From Pseudogymnoascus verrucosus (taxonomy: Eukaryota), in assembly GCA_001662655.1 (NCBI GenBank), contig KV460245.1: a DNA stretch of 64,000 nucleotides, one strand, 5' to 3'. This document shows, piece by piece, positions 54,696 through 64,000 of the stretch. A program made the position numbers and the translations under genes. Each line of letters starts with the position of its first letter. Position 1 is the stretch's first letter. The notes beneath the pieces were generated by a model that did no database searches, was not told where the DNA came from, and saw only the letters and a program-made list of their open reading frames with translations.

Positions 54696-57097
54696 TGTTC
54701 CGGCCCAACCGTAAGATCGGCCAGCTCGCGAGCTGGCCGGCCCATTCGCGAGCTGGCCGGCCCAACCGCGAAGTGGCGGTGTAGAATAGTATCGTAGAAA
54801 TTGAAATCCTACCTCCTACCTCCTACAACTATAGTATAGTATAGTAATTATGGCTACTATTACTTCAATTACTCCATTTCCATTTGACGTACGCACTGCT
54901 TTTGAGGCCTATATAAGCAGCCCTACTTACTACAATCGAGAGCAATTCTCACACGAAAAATGGGGCCAAATACACACTATACTCGAGGATCCAGCTGCTT
55001 TTATTCTGCATAATAAAGAGAGTACAAACCTAAAGCACCATACACTCTCTAGCTTTAAGCTTGTTAATAATAAGCTATATAAGCAGAGTGATAGGCGGAG
55101 TGATAAGCAGCACCTACGAGCTGTAGTTCAAAAGGCTGAGGTGTTTGACGTTATTGCACAAGAGCACCTTAAGCTTCTACACGCAGGTCGGAATAAGGTA
55201 TGGCCTACTATCAAGCAAAAATACTATGGAATAAAGCGAGAGGATGTAGAGTTTATACTTAAACGGTGTAAGAATTGCACTTTGAATAGGCCGAACACTA
55301 CAAAAGCTCCCTTAGTTCCTATTATAAGTGGACGGGCGTGGGAGAGGGTTCAAATCGACTTAATTGATATGCGCCACGAGCCTTTAGGGCAGTATAAGTG
55401 GATTCTTCATATAAAGGATCACTTCTCAAAGTATACACAGCTATACCCATTGAAAAGCAAGCACGCAGAGCCTATTGCAGAGTGCTTTGCTCAATTTATT
55501 ACAGCTTTCCTACCTCCGAAGATTATGCAGGCTGATAATGGGAAGGAATTTAAGGGGGCTCTCTTACTCCTACTACGGAAGTATGGAATACAGGTGATAA
55601 ATGGAGCACCACGGTCGCTACAAACTCAGGGCCTAGTCGAGCAGGCTAATGGGGTTGTTGAGAATAAGCTCCGGGCATGGAAAATGGATCATAGGTCTAC
55701 AGAATGGAAGGATGGGCTATTAGAGGTTACACTTGCTATGAACACCCAAATCTACTCTACAATTGGGTGTGCACCAGCTGAGCTTCTATTCCGGGAACGG
55801 AGCTCATATATCAATTGGCTCGATAGCTAGGCCCGGAAGGATCTAACAATCGGAATTGAGCAGGAGGACCCAGCTATGGGCCCTATTTTCGAGAGCGACC
55901 TCCAGTCTGAGCTTGAGTCCGAGACAGAAGCTCTAATCGACCTACAGCTCTAGCGAGTCCCTGAGCCTAGCTCTAGCTCTGAGCCTGAGCTAGAGCCTAA
56001 GCGAGAGCTCGATTCTAGGCTTCGAGCCCAGCCTAGAAACCGAGCTAGAGCCAGAGCCCAGCACCAGCAAGCCCCTAAGCCCAGAATCGAGCACTCTAGC
56101 TCAGAGCTCAATTCCGAGCCCAGCTCTAGCTCTGAGCTCGAGCTAGAGCGAGAGCTCAATTCCGAGCTCTGTCGTCTAGTTCCTACTCGAGCTCAGGCTC
56201 GAGTACTGGCTCAAATCCAGGCTGAGCCAGAGTTCTGTCTTGAGCTCGAGAACTCTAGAGCCCAGCGAGCCCCTGAGCCCAGAATCGAGCTCTCTGGCTT
56301 AGGGCTCAGAACTCGAACCAGAGCTGGCGCTAGAGCCCTGATCCAGCTTGGACCAGAGCTCGGAATTGAGCTCTCTAGCTCTAGGCCTAATTCCGAGCCC
56401 AGCTCTGGCTCAGAGCTTGAGCCAGAGCCAGAGCGAGAGCTCAATTCCGAGCCCCGGCGTGGGACCTGGGCCAGAGTTCCAGCTCAGCCTAGAACTGAGC
56501 TTCGGGCTACACCTAATCCTATAATTGAGAGAGCTATAGCAGCCACTCAACGAGCTAGGATTTCTATGGTGCGGAAGTATATAAAGAAGCATGATATTTA
56601 GCACTTTGATATAGGAGCAATAGTCTCTATAAAGGTTCCTCGAGAGGATAGAACCTCAACTGATAATAAGAGGCTATTTGCACGGATTCTAGAAGAGCCT
56701 TACCCTCATAGGTATCGGATTCTTACAGCTTCTGGTATTATACAACGCCTTATTCCTACAAAATCACTTAGAGTTGTAGAGCAAGCTCTATGGGCTGATA
56801 TTATAATTCCTACTTCTACAAAGCAGATATCATTAGGGCTTGCAGCTAGANNNNNNNNNNNNNNNNNNNNNNNNNNNNNNNNNNNNNNNNNNNNNNNNNN
56901 NNNNNNNNNNNNNNNNNNNNNNNNNNNNNNNNNNNNNNNNNNNNNNNNNNNNNNNNNNNNNNNNNNNNNNNNNNNNNNNNNNNNNNNNNNNNNNNNNNNN
57001 NNNNNNNNNNNNNNNNNNNNNNNNNNNNNNNNNNNNNNNNNNNNNNNNNNNNNNNNCCAGCTCGCGAGCTGGCCGATCTTACGGTTGGGCCGGAACA
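54696..57097 (+). mobile_element. Ginger/TDD-like DNA transposon with retroviral-type integrase, inactivated
   Basis: TIRs of at least 41 bp (TGTTCCGGCCCAACCG... at 54696-54736 and 57057-57097), TATA 4-bp target duplication on both sides, and an assembly gap at 56851-57056. Confidence 0.85.
54850..56850 (+). pseudogene. DDE integrase/transposase (H2C2 plus rve core) with in-frame stops
   Basis: H..H...CKNC zinc motif and catalytic QIDLID, QADNGKEF and GLVEQAN. In-frame TAGs at 55828 and 55951, then an E/P/S/L-rich repeat tract and a C-terminal VSIKVPREDR block. Confidence 0.82.
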
Positions 57098-57352
57098 TAT
57101 ATAATTTGACGACAAAGACGAGGTATCGTGCTTTGAAAACCTATCGCGGTGTTACCTTGTTAGTTTGTTCACATTAACAGCCCGGTGGCTTAGAACCCGT
57201 AATAAACAATGGCGACATTTGGACTTCATGCTATGCATATTAATGAGGATTCAATTTTAATCTGCAAAGTGCGCATTTGACGTTTAGAAAATTAGGCCTC
57301 GGCTATAACGAGGACTCCGGTCCATTGGTAGCCAATATGAGTTAAACCGTAT

Positions 57353-59556
57353 TTATAACCCGGAATCTATCTGATCAACGACGTTATGCCCACTATATTG
57401 CCACCAGTCTCGACAGGTCTGCGCCATGATCGACGGGATTTGGCACTCGGTGATCAAATCAGGGCGTTCCTAGGTTCTCTTTATCAGCCAAGTTCGCGCC
57501 ATCCATTAGTACAAAGCGACAAAATAAAGAGTTGTTTAGCAAGGAATAGTGGTTATAACTCACCATAACGTTCATAGACAGCCCATCACTAATATGCCAA
57601 GCGACATGACAATGGAACGGCCACACCCCAGGATTATCGGCCAAGAAATCAATCACCACATAACTCGGTTTGCCCGGACTGGGATACCCCCAATCGATGA
57701 TGTGTGTGTCCCTTCGCTGCGGGTTCTCGGGCCGCGTGATGACTCCGTCCCATTCCCCCACCCCCTCAGCGATGACCCAGAAGCTATGGCCGTGGAGGTG
57801 CATGGGATGCATAATGGGGATTCGGCTGCGCACGATGAGGCGGATCGAGGTGCTATTACCAAAGTTGTAGACGTTCCATTGCGGGTCGTCGGGGTAGGAG
57901 GTGTTGCCTAGCTTTGCGAGGAGAAGTATTGGGTGGCTGAGATTTTGTGTTAGGAGTTGTGAGGAGTGAGTGAGTAGGTGGACTATAGGGTGTGGAATAG
58001 GGAGTATTTAACTCACTCAAAGTTAGCTCGGAAAGACTGGTTGTTTATGGTCCACAATTCACTGCCTGTGGCATTAGTTTGGAAGTCAATGTCGACTATC
58101 TGCGTAAAGTCAGGCTCAGGAGGAGGCGCCATAACAAAAACAGGCTTCGTCATATTAAGAGGGTCGTTTGAGCAACTCGTCTCATTGTAAACTGTAGCTT
58201 TGGATGTTGGCGTAGTGGAATTGTCAGATTCCTCATAGTGGATTATAGCGAGAGCATGAGGCTGGTTGGTATTGCTACATCTCTTGCTAATGTCGCTTCT
58301 CATCCAGAATGATTCTGTAGGGCGGCCCGTTCCTCTAACGAGAACGTCACTACGCTGCCCAACTCCAAGCGTGATAACATCTGTTTCATAAGGTTTAATA
58401 GGCACGTAGTCGTTAGCAATTACTGTCATGGTGTGGCCATCGATAGTAAATCTCTGGGTCCCCTCTGATCCAGAGTTAATAAGACGTAGTCGGTGTACCT
58501 TTCCAGACACCAATTTGAACCTTGATAAGCTAGCATTAGGCGTGCAATTTGTTTTCGTGAGAGAGCAGTCATAATCCATCTTGCCATTAATGAGATTGTT
58601 GTCTGAATTTGGAACAGCTCTGGTTCCTATGTAGCGCTTAACAAGCTCGAAATAACCCGTGTGGTAATGGTCAGACTAGCTAAGTAAGCCACTTGTTTCT
58701 GAACAAGAATTCGATCACGTACCAGAAGTATAGGTCCAAGGTCATAATCATAATGTGTATGAGCAGGTCCGTGGATTATCATAGCCCCAAAAATCCCGTC
58801 TGCGTACTGAGCGCTGTAGTGAGAGTGATACCAGCTTGTGCCATAAAGGCCCGCTTGAAACGTATACGTGAACGAGCTCCCTGGTGCAATAGGGCATTGA
58901 GAAACTATTAGTTACGTTAATATAATGCGATTTACATCAAAAACTAGCAATATTACCTGATGGTATACCATCAAACCAAGGTGTCTGATCTTGATGCAGA
59001 CCATGCCAATGGAGACTGGTTCCTTCTTCAGGACCTGTGATATTATTTGTCACTGTTATCTGTCCAATTTAGTGAGTTTGATGCTGCAACTAAACTCAGT
59101 GATCTCACCTGAAATGTATCTCCCCAGTTCGCTTCAATAGTCGGACCAGGAAATTGTCCGTTGATTAGTATACCATTTTTTTGGACGCCATCTGGTGCTA
59201 GGGTGCCGCGCTCAATGACAAAATTATATGGGCGGATTTTTCCAGTATACGGAGCATGGCGGGGATCTGTGAGATTCGTTGTCGCCAGTCCCCATGGAAG
59301 TCCATAAGGTAAGGGCTTCTAACCATTAGAAAGTGCCGAAAGCACGAGAGGGAGACTTACGCCGTCCGTTAGAAATTTGGGCATGTAAGGAGCAGACAGC
59401 GTGCCTAATAGAGAGTGTCCTAGAAAACAATGTATAATCAGTTTCCATTATCTTAGTTGTAGAAGTCTAAACGCCATTAATACCATTTGTAGCGACTTGC
59501 GGCAGAGAAGCTATTAAATTTGCCGAGTCGAAGATGGACCGGAAGGAGAACTTCAT
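57353..59556 (-). CDS. Laccase / multicopper oxidase
   Basis: Copper motifs [17 protein letters not shown] and HCHVAWH, plus [15 protein letters not shown] and the ascomycete laccase C-terminus DSGL*. Multi-exon; start codon uncertain. Confidence 0.92.
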
Positions 59557-59935
59557 ATCGACGTATTACTCTGGGAAGAGCGAAAATAATCCACAACAAC
59601 AGAGATCTGAAAAAAATAAGATTCCCAGGTGATGCCATTGATTAAAAATATACATAGTCGTGAGCAGTCCTTATAGCTACACCTGTAGAAGAAAATGGGT
59701 TAAGACAATCTAGGATCGGCTATGGCTCCGTCGTAACAAATAAACGTTGCCAAGAGACACAGTAGAGAGTCGGGCCAATAAACACCTATGATAATGTAGG
59801 ATGGCTATGAAACTGTCTCAATAACCGCTGAACACGGAGAGACAGGAGTTAAGACAATAAACACCTGCAACACCTGTCTCCAGTTGCGCTACACAGCCCA
59901 ACATGAAACAAAAAATATGTGCGAATTCCGCATCC

Positions 59936-59976
59936 AGTACTCATATCACTCCGCAGTGCGGAGTGATATGAGTACT
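59936..59976. repeat. Perfect palindrome, 20-bp arms, 1-nt spacer
   Basis: AGTACTCATATCACTCCGCA-G-TGCGGAGTGATATGAGTACT. Confidence 0.9.
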
Positions 59977-60075
59977 AGATCCGGAGCCACCGCAGTTACA
60001 CTTCATGGCTTGTCCGCTCACTCAACTCACCTGTAGGCATCCAATATCGCTGTGCAATGCGTCGTAGTCGAGGTC

Positions 60076-60169
60076 AGATGGGTGAGGGAAGGTGAGACAT
60101 CCAGTAAATGTCATTTGATGGATATATCAAATGGCATTTACTGGATGTCTCACCTTCCCTCACCCATCT
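60076..60169. repeat. Inverted repeat, 44-bp arms (one T/G mismatch), 6-nt loop
   Basis: AGATGGGTGAGGGAAGGTGAGACATCCAGTAAATGTCATTTGAT-GGATAT-ATCAAATGGCATTTACTGGATGTCTCACCTTCCCTCACCCATCT. Confidence 0.92.
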
Positions 60170-60266
60170 AGGGGGATAACCGGATTGTCATGAGGCATCA
60201 AAAACATAAGGGTGGCGACGCTCACCCAGTAGTCTAAATGGCACCGTCCTAAGTATTAATCCACTT

Positions 60267-60332
60267 CAAGCTTGAGATCGGTGGATTAGTAGTTGGGTGG
60301 GTGACCACCAGCGAATACCCTCTGTTGTATGT
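60267..60332 (+). rRNA. 3' half of the interrupted 5S rRNA gene
   Basis: CAAGCTTGAGATCGGTGGATTAGTAGTTGGGTGGGTGACCACCAGCGAATACCCTCTGTTGTATGT matches the fungal 5S 3' half. Its end GTTGTATGT pairs with ACATACGAC at 32008. Confidence 0.92.
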
Positions 60333-60366
60333 TTTTGTCATTTTCTGTCATTTTCTGTCATTTTTT
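60332..60366 (+). terminator. Pol III T-run terminator(s) of the 5S gene
   Basis: TTTTT at the 5S 3' end, then GTCATTTT(C/T)T repeated three times. Confidence 0.7.
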
Positions 60367-60678
60367 GTCGTTTTGTCTGTCGAAAGCTACTGCCACCTTA
60401 AAGATGAACTGTAGCCTCGAATTCGTGAATGTCCATATATTTTGATGATCAAACAAATTTCTAGGTATTTCATTTAGATATTTTAAGTATTTTAAGTATG
60501 CCGGATGTCAAATTAAGTAATATCCCACCCAATGTCAAAACCCTACTCCTCGCTCTCATTCAAAATTTTGAGTACTGGCCGTCAGTTGACTGCTACCCCA
60601 GTCTAGGTGTTCCCAATATAACTCGCTCCTCGGTGCAATGCATATAGAAGAAGTCAACAATAAACCCCTATCCACATC

Positions 60679-62310
60679 TCAAACAACCGCCTCAGATCCC
60701 GACCCGATCGTCCCCCTCTCCTTCTCAATCTTAAGCACCTTCTTCTGCTCCTCATCCAGCCCCGACTTCTTAAACCCACCCGGCAACACAACCCACGAAA
60801 TAAAGATAACCCCCAGCAACGCCAGCGCGAAAGGTTGTAACACCCACACCCCCTTCGCCTGCGCAATCGCCCCAACAACGAACGGAAACACCGCCGCTCC
60901 CGAGCTACCAAACGCAGCCACGAACCCAATAGCACTAACGTGCAGACGCGGTGGCAGAAGCTTCGTCGCAACCATGATAGCAGCCGGAAATAGGGGCCCT
61001 AGGAAGAAGCCTAGGAATGCCGCGAAAATGGCCGAGGCAACGAAACTGGGAATCAGCCAGAAGAGCAGCTGCAAGCCCACGCTCAGGGCGAGATAAAGCG
61101 CCACAGCGAGCTTCTCCCCAATGCGCCCCGTCACGAAACCAAGCACAACACGGCCGGCAGTTAAACCGAGCCAGAAGCCCGTAGCTACCATTCCCGAGGC
61201 GAACGGCTCGCCCTGTCGCATCTGCAGCATGAACGTCACGATCCAACCCCCCAGCGCGACCTCGGCGCCGACGTAGGCGAGCAGGAAGACGGCGACGAGC
61301 CAGGTGATTTTGGATTTGAGGGCTTCGCGGGTGCGGGACTCGGGCGGGCCGGTGGTGGAGACGGGGTGTTTGGCGCGGTAGACGCTGCCGGTTGCCGAGC
61401 GGAAGGCGTAGTAGCCTAGCATGATCTCGAGGACTGCGAATCCAACCTGGGTGGTGTTAGTGGGGGGTTGCGGTTTAAGGGGGAGAGGGGAGAGGGGCGT
61501 ACCATAACGTAGTACCAGGTGTACCAGTGCAGACCTCCTTTTGTGACCATAGCGGTCGAGATCAAGGGGCCAATGGCACCACCAAGTCCGTATGCGCCGT
61601 GCAGGATGCCCATCAACTCGTTGGCATTCTCCATGTTGCCCACCCACGCGTTCCAGGCTCCGTCTTCGAGGCCATTTCCGAGACCGGTCAAGACGAAAAA
61701 GACGGGGATGACTGGAAAGGGTGGGTGAACGCAGGTGATGACATAGGCAATGATCTTGCAGATTGGAGCAATAACAGCGATTCCAACTTGGCCGAAGCGC
61801 ATGTGGATTTTGCTTATCATGAACGCGGAGAGGGTGTAGCCGGCGAAGGGGCTCAGGAACATGCAAGCTACAATAGTGTAGTTGATCTTGTAATATTCCT
61901 CAATCTGGGACCTTGTTAGTTCATTTTTCAGGTCAGACAGAGGGACAGGGCAAATAGTCTCTTACGTATGGAAGTAAAGCCTGTAGATTGAGAGTCAGTA
62001 TAAAATATATATCTAATCACGTGGAGAAACTCACTCCGAGAGAGGCATCGCTCACGCCCATGACCAGGAAGGCCAGGAGAGTCTGAAGGTAACGAGTGAT
62101 ATTTGTGGATGAGGAATTCCATCTTTCCCGAGCAGGTTCAGCATCTTGATCGTGATCTTGTGGTTGCGCCGTTGAAATGGACGTGGCCGCCTCCTTTTCT
62201 ATGTTGGCCATTTTCTCGTCAATGCTGTCAGGCGCTGGCGTGGTTAGAGAGGGGGGCGAGGAAGTGCCAAGCTCTCCCGCTGTTGGTGGGGAAGGATCCA
62301 TCGACTTCAT
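60679..62310 (-). CDS. MFS transporter (Bsc6/fucose-permease-like)
   Basis: Multiple TM helices with GVSDASLG, GLGNGLEDGAWNAW, YVGAEVALGGW, GFWLGLTAGR and GPLFP blocks. Multi-exon. Confidence 0.88.
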
Positions 62311-63218
62311 CTTTTTACGGAGCCCAACAGCGCTTCAAAAATAAAAATATAGACAAAGATGAAATTGAGGAGGATAAAGGAAAGGAAGGGAGACTGATAT
62401 AAGAAAATCCGGACATAGGAACGGGCTTCAAGTGAGAAAGCTTGTTGGGTACTGGCTTACTCTTTGTGTGATTTGTGTGGTCTAGATGGGAGGGAATAAT
62501 CATAGCTCCTCTTAGCCTTCCCATGGCCGCCGGGGTTCAACCGAGCTTTTTTTGATCTCGGACCAGAACCGACGAGTATTTACGCCGAGTATTTATGACG
62601 GATGGAAGGGTGTACTCCGTACAGGGTAAGCGTATACTATATCCGTATGCGATTTAATGCCCAGGATGCGATGTATGTGATGAATGTCATGTATGATACT
62701 ACTCGTAGAATAGTGTGATGCCGGCGCATTGAGGCAAATCGCTGCTCCCCGCTTTGTACGTACAGCATGAAGAATTTGTTGCTCCTGACCTCGAACAACG
62801 TTGTCGTCTATTCCCATCAAAGGATGTTTTGCCGATGTCTCGCCGTCTCGTCCACGTTTCCGCGAGTCAGCATCCGGCCCGTCACTCCGCAGAATGTCTT
62901 GGTATTCTCGTGCCACCGGGATCTCCATAACCATTCGTCGTATGTTATTGTGATGAACTGCCGTAGTACTATATCGACTCAAGCGCATGTCCACACCATT
63001 CTATTAAGGGTATGTTTCGTTCTGGGACTTTTGTGGCGATCCCGGTGGTGTGCACCATCAGTGCAAGCTTGTTCGATCTCTAACCTTGCTAGTGCTTCTT
63101 GGAGCCAACAAAATAAAGCCACGGCGGCGCTGTGACTACAAAGCGAACATTAGGCACATTAGGCACATTCACGTCCTTGTAGAGTACTGTACTGTAGTTC
63201 AAGCATTTCTTCATTGTT

Positions 63219-63962
63219 TCAAGATGACCGAGCCTTCTGGTCCAACTCATCTGCTAACCTCAATAGATAGAACTTTCGAGTGTCAGGTGGTAGGCTTTCA
63301 AACGTGTTGCTGAGCTTGGTGATATCCTGTCTTCCCTTTTCATACGCCTGCAAGTCCCTGTTTCCATATACGTCCTTCCCCGCAGCGTACCCGTGCTGTA
63401 GACCTCTGAAGAAGACATTGACGGAAACACTTACTCCGTCCAATGGCTTCGCAGTGTGTAACCAAAGCGACGGCAGGAATAGTACATCGCCTGCGTTCAT
63501 ATTTGCTTCGTGCGGATGGCTTGGGGCTGCCTTGGTACCAGTTAAATCCCCAAAGGCATCTACGCTGGAGCTAGATGCCCCGGGCGCGAAATCAAAATAC
63601 TCCACGTCGCCCGGAGGGAAGAGCAGAAGTCGTTTTTGGCCTCGAATTTGACAAAGAACGTTGGACATAACATCATAGTGAAGCCACATCGTGACCGGGC
63701 CCGAGATCCTCAGAGGTGAACTGTGCTTGTTCTCCTCAACCACAAGAAGCTCCGGTGGGAGATGGAAGTCTCCCGCTATTTCTGGGAAGTCTCGAGATAT
63801 ATCGGCAGGCAACTCTGATGGCTTGCCAATTGCCAATGATCGTAGATATAGCTTTTCGCCTTTGTCGATGGATTCGATGAAGTTGCCGAAGTCCTTCGTT
63901 ACATATTGAAAGTTTTTTGATACGAAGTCCATGCGGTCCTCGTTGGCTTGGTGAACGGTTAC
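63219..63962 (-). CDS. Last exon: JmjC/cupin domain, probably the C-terminus of a Tyw4/Ppm2-type wybutosine-synthesis protein (5' part outside window)
   Basis: MDFVSKNFQY, YLRSL, SSPLRISG, WLHYDVM..VLCQIRGQKRLLLFPP, WLHTA and DVYGNRDL. Acceptor CTAACTTATGCAG at 63963. Confidence 0.75.
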   Translation of the reverse strand, partial: VTVHQANEDRMDFVSKNFQYVTKDFGNFIESIDKGEKLYLRSLAIGKPSELPADISRDFPEIAGDFHLPPELLVVEENKHSSPLRISGPVTMWLHYDVMSNVLCQIRGQKRLLLFPPGDVEYFDFAPGASSSSVDAFGDLTGTKAAPSHPHEANMNAGDVLFLPSLWLHTAKPLDGVSVSVNVFFRGLQHGYAAGKDVYGNRDLQAYEKGRQDITKLSNTFESLPPDTRKFYLLRLADELDQKARSS

Positions 63963-64000
63963 CTGCATAAGTTAGAAAGCTTGAATTCTGGGAAAGGAAA

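Larger units (their letters stand above)
32069..60266. mobile_element. ~28.2-kb insertion in 5S rDNA; putative derelict or non-autonomous Starship-like element carrying a polyketide cluster
   Basis: Flanked by the two complementary 5S halves, an imperfect direct repeat CA(G/A)GCTTG (32061-32068 and 60267-60274) and an asymmetric inverted repeat AGTGGAT/ATCCACT. No captain recombinase is seen. Confidence 0.72.

Noticed and set aside
54850..55830. Integrase as the possible mobiliser of the 28-kb island, or as an LTR retrotransposon remnant
   Set aside because: It is a DDE enzyme bounded by its own TIRs and TATA duplication, with no RT or LTR. It does not explain the 5S junctions.
56706..57115. 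ORF-track entries with X runs
   Set aside because: Artefacts of the 206-N assembly gap.
60679..62310. MFS transporter as the cluster's exporter
   Set aside because: It lies outside the 3' 5S half and resembles a housekeeping Bsc6-type MFS; co-option cannot be shown from sequence.

Overview
Filamentous-ascomycete DNA with short GT-AG introns and CTAAC branch points; Leotiomycete-like by inference only. Positions 1-31.6 kb and 60.6-64 kb hold housekeeping genes: phenol 2-monooxygenase, Ulp1 SUMO protease, Pps1-like phosphatase, tRNA-Trp, Pol delta subunit 4, TRAF-like RING protein, Syn8-like SNARE, cyclin C/Ssn8, Sal1-type carrier, an MFS transporter and a Tyw4/Ppm2-type JmjC C-terminus. The main discovery is one 5S rRNA gene split in two: the 5' part is at 32008-32068 and the 3' part at 60267-60332. 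The halves rejoin to 119 nt with complementary helices, and the junctions carry an 8-bp imperfect direct repeat and a 7-bp asymmetric inverted repeat. The ~28.2 kb between them carries an apparently intact DHN-type polyketide cluster: scytalone dehydratase, Cmr1-like TF, THN reductase, AflR-like TF, NR-PKS, P450 and laccase. It also holds an Ecm33-like pseudogene, a nested RIP-like mutated Ginger-type transposon and two near-perfect hairpins. This layout matches a 5S-targeting Starship-type giant mobile element, but no captain tyrosine recombinase is visible, so it looks derelict or non-autonomous. Exon boundaries and family assignments were made by eye, without database searches.
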